A stretch of DNA of 41,820 bases from Chrysochromulina tobinii (GCA_001275005.1 JWZX01003044.1:1-41820); one strand, 5' to 3'. Shown: positions 19,380 through 29,449, counted from the stretch's first letter. The notes: generated from the sequence alone by a model not told the origin. A program made the numbers and translations.

Positions 19380-21320
19380 GAATCAGCTCGCCCATCTCGC
19401 CGCTCATACCTCCCATCGCGCCCATGCGCGCCGGCGGCGCGCCGCACTTCCAGAGCGAGCTCGGGTGCTCGGGCAACAGCCGCTCGCGCATGGGTGCGAG
19501 CTGCTCGCTCACCTCGGCCCACCGGGGATCGGCTTGGAGCAGCGTCTTCGCCTGCTTGTCCGTGGCAGCGGCCTTGTCAATTGCGCACGCCATCTCGAGC
19601 CACAGGGGGCGCGAAGCAAGAGGCACGCCGCCCGGCGCGCCCTCATCCGAACAGAGCGCCGCACTCAGCAGCGCGGGCAGCGACGATGTAGTCTCGCTCG
19701 CGCCGCTCGCGCCGCCGCCGCCGCTCAGCAGGGCGATGCGCAGCGGCTTGGCGAGGAGGGCGGAGCGCACGAGACGGAGAACGGCGGCGCCGAACACGCC
19801 GCTCGCCGGGTGGCGGTAGAGCACATGGATGGCTGCGCTCAGCACGGGCGGGCTGGGCTCCGCGAGCGCCGTCGTGAGCACCGGCCGTTTCGCATTCACG
19901 AGCTTCTCGAGGATCTCGACGACGAGCAGCCGGCGCGCGCCGAGCCGGCGAGCCCATGCATCGGCCACGGGTCCCTCGCCGTAGCTCACTCGCGGGCGCG
20001 GAGGGGGCAGCAGCAGCGCATGGAGCACGCGCAAGTGCTGTGAACACCACTTGAGCCCACGCGGAAGCAACTTCGTGTTCGCCACCGGTGCATCGCTCTC
20101 AGCCTCCACGTGGCTTAGCACGACACGCAGTGCGTCGACCAACTCGGCGGCGTCACCGTCATGGCTGGGCACGCCCGTCGCGCCGAAGCTCGCGAGCAGC
20201 GCGATCGCCTTGTCAAAGTCCGGCGGTTGCATGCTCGCGAGGACGGGTGTGCCCACCTCGACGCGTCCATCCGCACCTGTGGATAAGGGAGCAAGGCGCC
20301 GTGGTGAGCACGTGCATGCTCAGCCTCTCCGTCCGGTGAGGGGGGCACTCAGACGCGTCCATCCGCACCTTGCGCAGGCGGGCCTTGCCAAGCTGGCGGC
20401 ACATCGCCCGCTGAGCGACATGCAAAGTAGGTGTCGACGGCTCGAGCGGTTCGAGCATTCTCCCCAGCGCCGCCCGTGCTGCCGGCGGGCGGCTGGGAGA
20501 GCTCGGGGAGGACGAGCGCCACCTCGGGCCGCTCCTCGAGCATCTTCGCGCACAGCTCGGCGCCAACGTCCCCGAGAGGATTACCCACCAGAGAGAGGAG
20601 GGTCAGTCGTGGCGCGAGGCGCCCTTCGGCGGTCAGTGCAGCGCACAGCTGCGCGGCACCCGCGTCCGACACGACGTTGTGAGCCAGGTCGAGCGTCTGG
20701 ATGGCGCACTGGGCGCCGCGTGTGCGCACGGCACTTGCGAGCATGCGCAGCTTCTTGTCCCCCAGCCCGCAACGTGCGAGTTGAGCCACGGGCGCCTCGC
20801 GCCCCTCCTTGAGCGCATCGAGGAGCGCCTGGAAACGAGCGTGGGCATCCTCCGTCGGACCGGAGGGCGCCGCCGCAGCGGTCGTACCGCCGCTGCCGCT
20901 GCCGCCGTCTGCGATCGAATCGGTACCGCCACCGGCGGCCTTCTTGCGAGCGGCTGCCGCCTTCGCCTTCTCCCGTTTCTTCTTTGAGGCGCTCATCCCC
21001 TCATCAGGATCCTCGTTGCCTTCACCCGTGTCAGCTGGCTCCGGTGCTGCAGCTGGCGCTGCCTGCAAGGGTTCCGATTCCGCCAGAGGCATTGGTTCTG
21101 GTTCTGGTGCTGGCGGCGCTGGCGGCGCTGGCGGCGCTGGCGGCGCTGGTGGCGCTGCTGGCTTGGCCTCATTTGCAGGTGATTCGTCGTGCAGATCATT
21201 TCCATCGGCTGCGCCCTCACCCGCCTTCTTCTTCTTCTTCTTCTTCTTCTTCTTCTTGGCAGCGGCATCGGCAGCATCTCCGACTTCGTCCTCCTCGTTC
21301 TCCACCTCTTCGTCCTCCAT
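19345..21320 (-). CDS. Acidic/poly-Lys/Pro-rich N-terminus + RNI-like LRRs + SAPS (SIT4/PP6 regulatory subunit)-like segment; exons 21320-20369 and 20276-19345
   Basis: LRRs: LARCGLGD, IQTLDLAHNVVSDAGA, LTLLSLVGNPLGDVGA. Intron 20368-20277 joins the ORFs in frame (AQGADGRVEVGTP). HLRVLHALLLPPP...LGARRLLVVEILEKLV...LYRHPASGVF resembles the SAPS domain. Alternative ATG at 21344. Confidence 0.7.
20277..20368 (-). other. Intron (92 nt) bounded by a perfect 19-bp direct repeat
   Basis: gacgcgtccatccgcacct at 20260-20278 and 20352-20370. Minus-strand GT...CCTTATCCACAG; retention gives a TGA. Confidence 0.85.
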
Positions 21321-21836
21321 GGCCGTCGACTTCCACGTGGACATTCACACTTCTTTCACAACGTTCAAGATCGGCTCCTCGCCCCCCAGCCACTCTCGTT
21401 CAACAACAAAGAGACACAAGAGACAGGATGGACACGCATTTGCTCTCGGACGCAGTTGTCAGAGCCACGTGCAAATTGCAAGCATCACCTCGCGACCGTT
21501 TATCTGAAACAGTTACACAGGCGTGCACTCGCGGCCGCTTTCAAAGGAGGGCTAGTAATTGCCCCAGAATGATAGGTATCCGCTAATAGACGGTATCAGT
21601 ATACTCATCGTCAGGACTCACCATGTGGGACTCACTAACTTAATCGCCGCGAGAACCCCGTAACTCGACGCTCTGCTCTCGCCTCTGCCATCTGCGAACT
21701 CCGCAATCCGGTCTCCGGGCTCAGAGAACGCGTACGCGGACATACCATTGCGGTTGCGGTGGCTGACCAAAGTAACCGAACCTCGAGGGCCTCAAAACAT
21801 CTATCTGCTCCTTCCATGGGCGCGACGTCGCCAAAT

Positions 21837-22412
21837 TTATGAGGCGCATTCGCGAGGCTCGCCATTCTTGAACCAGGGCGTCGCACGCTGCAGCCATGTT
21901 GGGGATGGGCATGAAGGTGGTGGTGCTGGTGGGGCCCAACCGAGCCACTGTACCATTGCTTCCTTGGCTGCTGCGACTGAGCCGTACCGCTGGCGGCTCC
22001 AGGTGAGCACAAACACAAGTAGCAGCTGTCCAATGAGGACTTTCGACGGCAATGCCACCCGTGTAGTCTCACGCGCAATGCGGGCGCGCTCGTAGCGTTC
22101 AGTAAATTGCGCCTCAAAATCCTTCGCGCGACGTTCAGCCTCGGCCTTCGCACTCTCGGATGGCTTCCCGAGCGGCCATACTTCGCGCATGTCCTCATCG
22201 CTGAGCGCAGTGATACCATTCTCAGCCGCAAACTCCTGCAGTTCTTCACGGGATGCGCCCCATATCTGAGCACTGTCTGTGAGCTTCGTCAGCAACAGCA
22301 TCGAAAGTTCTTGCGTTGTCAAGTCCTCCACCGTTGGGCGTTTGGATGATGTTGCTGCAGCCGAGTCATCACTTGTACACACCGCGGCTGCATCAGTCAG
22401 TTGGGCAGCCAT
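21837..22412 (-). CDS. Hypothetical protein with one predicted TM segment
   Basis: About 190-codon ORF from the ATG at 22412, with helical charged segments and a hydrophobic stretch VLIGQLLLVFVLTW. Confidence 0.55.
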   Translation of the reverse strand: MAAQLTDAAAVCTSDDSAAATSSKRPTVEDLTTQELSMLLLTKLTDSAQIWGASREELQEFAAENGITALSDEDMREVWPLGKPSESAKAEAERRAKDFEAQFTERYERARIARETTRVALPSKVLIGQLLLVFVLTWSRQRYGSVAAAKEAMVQWLGWAPPAPPPSCPSPTWLQRATPWFKNGEPRECAS

Positions 22413-22940
22413 CGAAGCCCCGATCACGGATCAACCACACGCACTGGCCACGGAACAAAAGTGTGTTGCGACTACAGTAGGAATCCTTGGACGCACGCAC
22501 GCACAGGCCGTCCTCGCGGAAAGACTCGTCTTCGAAGACTTTCTAAGTTTGGGACTAGCTTTAGCTACCGGTACTTCTGACGCTGCGCTTTTTAGTGCTC
22601 GGGCGCCGCGCGGCAAAAACGCCGAACCCTGCCACAATAGAGAATCCAAGGTTGGATAACAGTACTCACACTTGTACTACAGAGTACAGTCACTAGGTGT
22701 GTATGTCTCTGTGTCATGGATACAAGCGTCAGTCGAGACACATACGCCCACGCGTCATCAGGTCCGACGAGAGAGGTTGTCCACAGCGCCTCGCCGCGCG
22801 CCGGGTCTCGCCCTTTGCGTCATCAGCTGCATCCGAATCTCCCACACGCACGTGTCAGCGCTGACCGCCTCGGAGCTCAGTGGCCTTTGGTTGGAAGCAC
22901 GCGGCAGATCGGTGCGCGCATCAAGGGCCGGCGGCCAGAA

Positions 22941-25900
22941 TCACTGTGGCTCCTCCCGCCGCTCCTGCAGCCTGGCGAGTTGCACGACTAGCTGCTGCGC
23001 CTCCACTGGTGCCATCAGTACCTCATCCTCCGAGCCAGCCGACCCCACCGCGTCTGAAGCTGTCGAGGCGAGCGCACAGTAGCGTGCTGAGAGCGCGTGC
23101 AGGTTGAGCCGCGACAGGAAGGCGGCGTACTCGAGGACCACTCGCGCTGCACCACGAAACGCAAATCCGTTGGGCGTTCCACGGCGCGCCGGGTGAGGCT
23201 CCCGCAGTGCACACAGGAGGAGCGCCGCCTTGTCGAAAGCGCTTTGCTCGAGCAGCCGCTCAGCGACCTCCTGCACTCGCCCGAGGGAGAGAAGTACCTC
23301 GATGCCGCGCTGGTGCTCGCCTGAAGCGAGCAGGTGCTCAGCCCACTTTCCTAGGACCGTATCCCGCTCCGACGCAGGCAGCGATGCCTTTGCGAGGGTT
23401 GCGGCATGCTCCCAACGGCCAGCTCGCTGTAAACGCTCGCATGCCTCAGCTCCTCTGCCAATCAGGAAGAGCAACGGCACGGCCAGCGGCAGCTTGCCTG
23501 CGGCGCACAGTCGGTCGGCACTGGAGGTGATCGCGGCGACCTGATGAGGGAGGCAATTCGAGTTCATTAGAAGCCATTCGAGGCCATCAGAGGCAATCAG
23601 AGTGCCATCAGAGGTGATCGCAGCGACCTGCATCTGCGGCGACACAAAGCCGGCCACAAGGCACGCGAGGAGAAGGTCGCGCTCCGTCTCCATGCTCGCC
23701 TCTGAGGCGTCCGAGCCACCGCCCGCCGTGAGGAGCAGCGAGATGGCAGGCAGCTTGGCGTCGAGTGAGATCGCATGGAAAGCCCCGCGGCGACACCCGT
23801 CGGCGGGAGGTGCGCGCGACGGAGCCATGCGTTCCTCGAGACGGTCAAGCTCGGCCGTGCGCACCTCCGCCGGCTCGCGGAGTGCGCCGTATATGGGGGG
23901 TAGATGAGGCGGTTCGAAGCCGCGGTCGTCGGATGGCGCGGCGCCAGCGGCGACCCCTGCGCCTTGCCCACCCTCAGAGGGTTCCGACGCCGTGGAGAGG
24001 TCACCGCAACCGATCGGCAGCGCGGGCGTGTCCGGGAGGTGTTGCCCCGGGGATGGTCCCGGGGATGGCAGCGGCGGCGGCGCGCTGGCGCGCCAGAGCA
24101 ATGCCTCCGCGACCGACCAGAAGCGCGCGTCTTGCTCGCACCCGAGGAGCTCTGCGGCGAGCCGGCAGCGCGTCGGCAACGTCGGCGCACCCCGCAGCTG
24201 AGCGACTCTCTCGCTCGGAAGGTCCGGGAGTGGCACGTCTGCCTTCGGTTCGAGTGAACCCCAGATATCGAGGTGGACCAAGTACGTCTGGTGGAGCAGT
24301 CGTTCGCGCCGCGAGGCGAGAGGTAGGCACTGACTCGCCGCTATCAAGCTCGTGCTTTCAGTGAACGTGAGCACCGGAGTGTTGCCTCGCGAGAGGTCTG
24401 CACGGAGCAGCCGGATGCAGCCATCGTCACACGCGATGAGCGGCTGGCCGGCCGTCGTGAAGCCGATCGCGATGGCGCGCGAGGGTGGCTGGGGCATCGC
24501 GCCGCTGATGATGCCCCGAAGAGAAGAGGACGGCTGGGGCAGCGTCCACGGTGGCGCGTGTGGCAACGTCCAGAGAGCCTGGTCCCCATCGGCAAAGAGG
24601 ACGAGGAGGAGCCACGCCGCCTTGGTGGGGCTGGGCGCATGCAGCGCGATCGACTTGACCATGCCGCGGTGCGTTGCGAGTGAGTGCCGGCACGCTGGCT
24701 CGGTGGCATGCCAAACCGAGAGCATCCCCTCGAGCGTGCCGCTGATGACCCACGGGCCACCGAGGGCGAGGGCCGTCACCACGCCATCCGCCAACTCGAG
24801 CTGCTCCGTCGAGCGATCTCCCGAGCGAGACGAGAGCAACTTGATCCCTCGCACCTGTATGTGGAAGAGCGAGCCATCCGGCACTGCGAACACCAGCTCC
24901 TCCGAGTCAATCAGCTGCGGGTCGGAGGCGGCGGGGTCGTCTGTCTTTGGGGCGGGCACGCTGCTCGCCGCGCTCAAACGCGAGGCGTCCGGCAGCCCGG
25001 GGCGCCAATCGAGCGCCGCGCCGCTCGGGAAGGCCACAAAGTGCGTCGCGAGAGGCGTGCGGGAAGGCAAGTCCCAGATCTGCAGCGGAGCGTCCTTGAA
25101 AATCAACACGAGCCGACGACCAGAGGGGGAGAGGCGCGCCCCGATTAGGCTGACGGACGCGCCGCGCCCGAGTGGGCACGCCTCCTCGCACCGCCCTGAC
25201 GGCAGCCGCAGCCACTGCACCGAGTTCTTCCACTGATCGCGCCCCTCCTGCACCGAGCTATAAGAGAGGACAGAGCGCCGGCCCAGCCATTGAAGCCCCT
25301 TGGCCGCTGACGCATGCACGTCGAACGCGCCGACGACCTCGGGCTTGCAGGCTGTGCGTCTTGCCGCGCCGCTGCTCGTCTCATCGCCCGCCCGCCCGAG
25401 GTCGATGAGCAAAATATGGCCGCTCTCCACACCGACGGCAAGGCAGCGCGAGGCTGTGTCCGTCGCGGACGATGGCAATCGAGTGTCGGCAGCAGGCTGT
25501 ACTGCAAGCGAGGTGATGGGAGATCCGATGCTTGCAAGCAGGCCGCATTGCTCTAGCTGCCACCCCTCGCCCTTAGCGCGGCCACCGGGCGCCGTAGCGG
25601 GCGGCTGATCGTACGGGAGGCGCCACAGCCAGATGCGTCCATCCGCCGAGAGGCCTCCGAAGCGCTCGCCGTCCGGCAGGCTCGGCCGGAAGCCCAGCAG
25701 GGAGCAGCCGCCCCCCTTGAGCAGCGGCACCATGGCGCGGAAGCCAAAGACCACGCGCACGTCGGGCGGTGCGGCTGGCAGTCGACCGCCTGGTGGTGGA
25801 CCGCCCTCGCACGCGGCATCGACTCCGAGAGTCACCGCTCCTTCCTCCCTCCGTCCCTCCTCCCTCCGTCCCTCTGCCCCTGAAGGCCGACCCTGGGCAC

Positions 25901-26864
25901 ACCGTTCCCAGCGAGAGAGGCATCCATCGTGGTGGGTGCCAAGCACCGTGGACGGTAGCGCGAGCGACTGCGCCATCGAGGTGAAGTCGTGGTCCGTGCG
26001 GTCGAGCCACACGTTGCCTAGGACGGTGCCTGCACTCAAATCCCACAGGATCAGCTCGCGCGGGAGCAGCAGGTAAAGTTGCGAGCTCTCATGCAACGAG
26101 TACTCGAGCTGCAGCAGACGCCCCTTGTCGGCAGGCTGCTGCCGACCGCGAGCGCCGCTGCTGCTGCCGCTGCTGCCCGCGTCCTTCTCGACGCCCGCGG
26201 CGTGACCAGGCACGAGGTGCGCAACCGACTGCATGGTCAGCCTCTGGGGCGGCTGACGAACCTCGAGAGGCCCGAACTGCATGAGGATGCCCTTGCCGCA
26301 AAACGCCGCCACGCGGCCCCCATCATGAGCGTCGAAGGCAGCGTCGTAAATGCTTTCCGGAAGGTCGACACGCCAAATGAGCGAGGCCGGGCCGACAAGT
26401 TTTCCGTCTACCAGGTGGCCAACCATCTGGCCGACCTGGTAGGCGGCGATCACGTTCGGCGAGTGCACGCAGACCAACACGTCGTGCCGACGCGGCAGCC
26501 AGTGCATTCGCAGCGTAGCTCGAGCGGGGGAGCCGCCAACGTCCGAGAGCCAGCAAAGAGGCACGCCGCGCCGCACGTCCCATATGGCACACTGGCCAGA
26601 CGCGTCAGCGGAGGCGAGGAGCACCGTGTCGGCATATCGCTCGTTGTCAAGCATCGTACATCGGGCCGTTGGCCGGGGCGCCCATCGTACCTCGCACACG
26701 TGCGCTTTGTGGCCGTCGAGGGATTGCACAATTTCTGCCGTCTCAGGGTCAACAATATTGATGACATGCTGCACGCCCACTGCCAGTAGCCCGTTGCGCC
26801 AATCGAGTGCATTGCGATTACGCTCGTGCGCGAGACCGGTGATCGTGCATGGCGAGGGCGGCAT
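22941..26864 (-). CDS. WDR11: WD repeat-containing protein 11 homologue; probable intron 23627-23541
   Basis: The N-terminus TITGLAHERNRNALDWRNGLLAVGVQHVINIVDPETAEIVQSLDGHKAHVCEVRW and LASADASGQCAIWDV match the WDR11 start. Also LVLIFKDAPLQIWDL and a C-terminal helical region (AVPLLFLIGRGAEACERLQRAGRWEHAATLAK). Likely ATG at 26864. Confidence 0.85.
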   Translation of the reverse strand: MPPSPCTITGLAHERNRNALDWRNGLLAVGVQHVINIVDPETAEIVQSLDGHKAHVCEVRWAPRPTARCTMLDNERYADTVLLASADASGQCAIWDVRRGVPLCWLSDVGGSPARATLRMHWLPRRHDVLVCVHSPNVIAAYQVGQMVGHLVDGKLVGPASLIWRVDLPESIYDAAFDAHDGGRVAAFCGKGILMQFGPLEVRQPPQRLTMQSVAHLVPGHAAGVEKDAGSSGSSSGARGRQQPADKGRLLQLEYSLHESSQLYLLLPRELILWDLSAGTVLGNVWLDRTDHDFTSMAQSLALPSTVLGTHHDGCLSRWERCAQGRPSGAEGRREEGRREEGAVTLGVDAACEGGPPPGGRLPAAPPDVRVVFGFRAMVPLLKGGGCSLLGFRPSLPDGERFGGLSADGRIWLWRLPYDQPPATAPGGRAKGEGWQLEQCGLLASIGSPITSLAVQPAADTRLPSSATDTASRCLAVGVESGHILLIDLGRAGDETSSGAARRTACKPEVVGAFDVHASAAKGLQWLGRRSVLSYSSVQEGRDQWKNSVQWLRLPSGRCEEACPLGRGASVSLIGARLSPSGRRLVLIFKDAPLQIWDLPSRTPLATHFVAFPSGAALDWRPGLPDASRLSAASSVPAPKTDDPAASDPQLIDSEELVFAVPDGSLFHIQVRGIKLLSSRSGDRSTEQLELADGVVTALALGGPWVISGTLEGMLSVWHATEPACRHSLATHRGMVKSIALHAPSPTKAAWLLLVLFADGDQALWTLPHAPPWTLPQPSSSLRGIISGAMPQPPSRAIAIGFTTAGQPLIACDDGCIRLLRADLSRGNTPVLTFTESTSLIAASQCLPLASRRERLLHQTYLVHLDIWGSLEPKADVPLPDLPSERVAQLRGAPTLPTRCRLAAELLGCEQDARFWSVAEALLWRASAPPPLPSPGPSPGQHLPDTPALPIGCGDLSTASEPSEGGQGAGVAAGAAPSDDRGFEPPHLPPIYGALREPAEVRTAELDRLEERMAPSRAPPADGCRRGAFHAISLDAKLPAISLLLTAGGGSDASEASMETERDLLLACLVAGFVSPQMQVAAITSDGTLIASDGLEWLLMNSNCLPHQVAAITSSADRLCAAGKLPLAVPLLFLIGRGAEACERLQRAGRWEHAATLAKASLPASERDTVLGKWAEHLLASGEHQRGIEVLLSLGRVQEVAERLLEQSAFDKAALLLCALREPHPARRGTPNGFAFRGAARVVLEYAAFLSRLNLHALSARYCALASTASDAVGSAGSEDEVLMAPVEAQQLVVQLARLQERREEPQ
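23541..23627 (-). other. Probable intron (87 nt, frame-preserving) made of a duplicated exon start + 10-mer CTGATKGCCT tandem + CTCATCAG
   Basis: 20-bp direct repeat at 23524-23543 and 23611-23630 (19/20). The translated ORF shows QVAAITS twice around a non-homologous insert. Confidence 0.8.
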
Positions 26865-28071
26865 AGCGCCTTTCCGGGTGCGGCTGTCTTCGCACAAGAC
26901 TTCGTTCGAAGACTTCGTGTGTGGGGGAAGGGCCGCCCAGCCCCTTGGTGGGGGGCGCGTCTTCCCTCGCCTCATTCATTATTAGGAAAACACACCACGC
27001 ATAAAACAGCATTCACAGCAGGAGAGAGATGCTGCGAAGGACCCTCGAAATGAGACACATCATGCAGACGGAGTCGGAGAGCGGATCACGACTGACGACT
27101 GCACGTGCACCCTCACATGAACGAAGATGAAGCGAATTGCCATGCGAATTCCACACATGCACCGTGATATCGATTAGATATCGAAAGGATTAGAGTTGTC
27201 TGTTCGAAACGGTCAAACAACTGCGCTTTATCCGGATATGTCATGCTTGACCTTGTTCCGAGCATCCGAGGTGAGAGAGTCTGTCTTTCAGAGTACACTT
27301 CATACTAACATTTGACTCTTCACTCTAGTATACAACGAACTCCGGAACACGACACACTAGGACGAGGAGAGCGCACAGATACCCGTCTAGCGTCTTCTCA
27401 CAGCTCATCACGCGGCGCGCAGCGGCGGCGGCGGCGGCGGAGGCGGCGGCACCTTCCTCGCGGGCCAGCGGTACGTGCGGTCCCGAAAGTAGTCGCTCGA
27501 GCGTCTGCAAGGGCGTATTGTCTCGCATCGTCGCGCCAGTTGGCGGCGAGTTTGGGGAGCCGACGATTGACGATCGCGACATGCCGAAGTGAATGGATGT
27601 TTGTCCTAGTTGGCACTCGCAGCATGCTCCTCCAGCAGCGCTAGCGCCTTGAGCAATCGCCAGGTCGGCGCGTCTTGAAGCGCTTGTCGAATTTCACTCA
27701 GCAGCGCGGTCCTGTTGTGCCCATCCTGTGTCGCATGATGGGATGCCGATGCACTTGTACTGCTGCTGCCGCGTCCACCTTGCTGTACCCGCCTCAAAAT
27801 AGCAAGCTCCTCGAGGTTGAGCTTTGTGCCGTTCGCGTACGACATCCACAGTGTGGCCGTTTGAGATTCGTAAGTTTCCGCAAGCCAAAGTTTGATCGAA
27901 TTTAACGTCTGATTACTAGCAAGATCATGTACACTTAGCCTCCTTCGCCCCTGTTTCGTCGAAAGTTGAACATGTACTTCCTCGACGCTTATGTTGTCAC
28001 GTGCGGACGGCTCCGAAGGATGCTCGACGTTTGTGAGAATCGACGAGACGCGCGGCGGCGGCTCCGCGGGC

Positions 28072-29449
28072 ATGCACGACGACACTAGCATGCACGACGA
28101 CACCAACGACCTCCTCAGCTACTGGGCTGAGGCAAAGCGCGCCAAGGACTTTGTCAAGTCCGACGCGCTGCGCGAACAGCTGCGTGCTCGCGGTGTCGAG
28201 CCTGAGCGCAGCGCGGCGGCCCCGAAGACAAGGTTGAAACTCGACGATCGATCCACAGTTGACGGGCCAGTGTTGGAATACATCACCGCTGCCGGCTACC
28301 AATCTGCACTGCCGCTCACGTATGTCAAAGCCTCCGATGTGCTGGCAGCGGCGAGAGCAGCGACCGGCATCACGGATGCCTGCGACAGCTTCATCCTCGC
28401 CTCACTGCTACGCCTGCTCGAGCAGGCCACTTCTTGCAAGGTGGTGCGGACCAAGGCATCGCATGCCAACCCGTGGACGGGCATCGCGGATGTGTATTGG
28501 GGCGTGACATGCTCGTCGCTCCCAGCCGCGCCGCTTGCGACGCCAGAGTGCTACGAGTGCAAGGACAACAAAGAGGAGAAGAAGGCTCAGCGAGCCGCGT
28601 GGCTGCGCGCGCGTGGCAAGCCGGAGCCAGACCCTCTGCGCAGCCGCATCGTCGGTAAGAATGCCGACGCGCACTATTCAATGTATACCAACGAGCTTCT
28701 CAGCTTGACGTGCGCGCCCAAGCTGCTTGAGCTCAAGCTGTTTCCATCTGCGAAGGAGCTCACGGAGAGTTTTTCATGCTTCGCCGCGGTGCGCGCTCAC
28801 CTGAGCAACGAGTTCCGGCCCGACGACCCGAGCGTGCTGCTCGTGTGCGTGGGCGATGGACTCACGCCGCGTACCGCGGGCCTCTTTTGCTTTCGGACCA
28901 AGTGGAAGTGCATCTCGGTCGACCCTCTGATGCGCGGGCCGCTCGGATTCCACAGTGACGAAACCCGCTGGTCGGAGCACATTGAGCGGCTCACAGCGCG
29001 TCGCGTACGGCTACAGGACGCGGCGCCAGTGCCGGCTGGCAAGTTTGTGGGCGAGCGCGTGCTGCTCGTGCTCCCGCATGCACACATAGGCCTAGACGAG
29101 TGCCTCCAGTGCGTGCGAGGGTCCGCCCAGCTCGGCGCGGTGCTGATAGCCATCTGATTGCCTCCCTGATGGCTACCTGATGGCCTCGCTCATCAGGTAC
29201 GTGCGATGGTCCGCCCAGCTCGGCGCGGTGGTGATGCCGTGCTGCAACTGGTACCTGGGCGCGAAAGGGTGCGGGCCACCGCTGCATGAGGACGATGATC
29301 TCGGCGTGATCTCGCCCCACCGGCAGGTCAGCATCTGGAGGTGGGCCCCGGGCGATGCACTGCCCCCTGCCGTCCCGCCACCCGATGCGGCGCCTCCGCC
29401 ACCCGATGTGGCGCCTCCGCCACCTCTGGACGAGACGCGGTTCACATGA
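28072..29449 (+). CDS. Putative methyltransferase-like protein with an N-terminal CysRS anticodon-binding-like helical motif; exons 28072-29108 and 29197-29449
   Basis: WAEAKRAKDFVKSDALREQLRARGVE resembles the CysRS C-terminal motif. The core LFPSAKELTESF...LVCVGDGLTPRTAGLF...WKCISVDP...LPHAH...VVMPCC has a Rossmann MTase-like layout. Removing intron 29109-29196 gives CLQYVRWSAQLGAVVMPCCNWY. Confidence 0.7.
29109..29196 (+). other. Intron (88 nt) made of a 39-nt copy of the downstream exon start + CTGATKGCC repeats + CTCATCAG
   Basis: 29109-29147 matches 29197-29235 at 36/39. Retention gives a TGA at 29155-29157; removal restores the frame. Confidence 0.85.

Noticed and set aside
21225..21257. 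(TTC)n microsatellite
   Set aside because: It simply encodes the poly-Lys tract of the LRR/SAPS-like protein.
6257..26864. Functional cilia gene cluster (Sfi1-like, ODA-DC2, WDR11)
   Set aside because: The genes are interspersed with unrelated housekeeping genes; co-location is plausibly chance in a flagellate genome.
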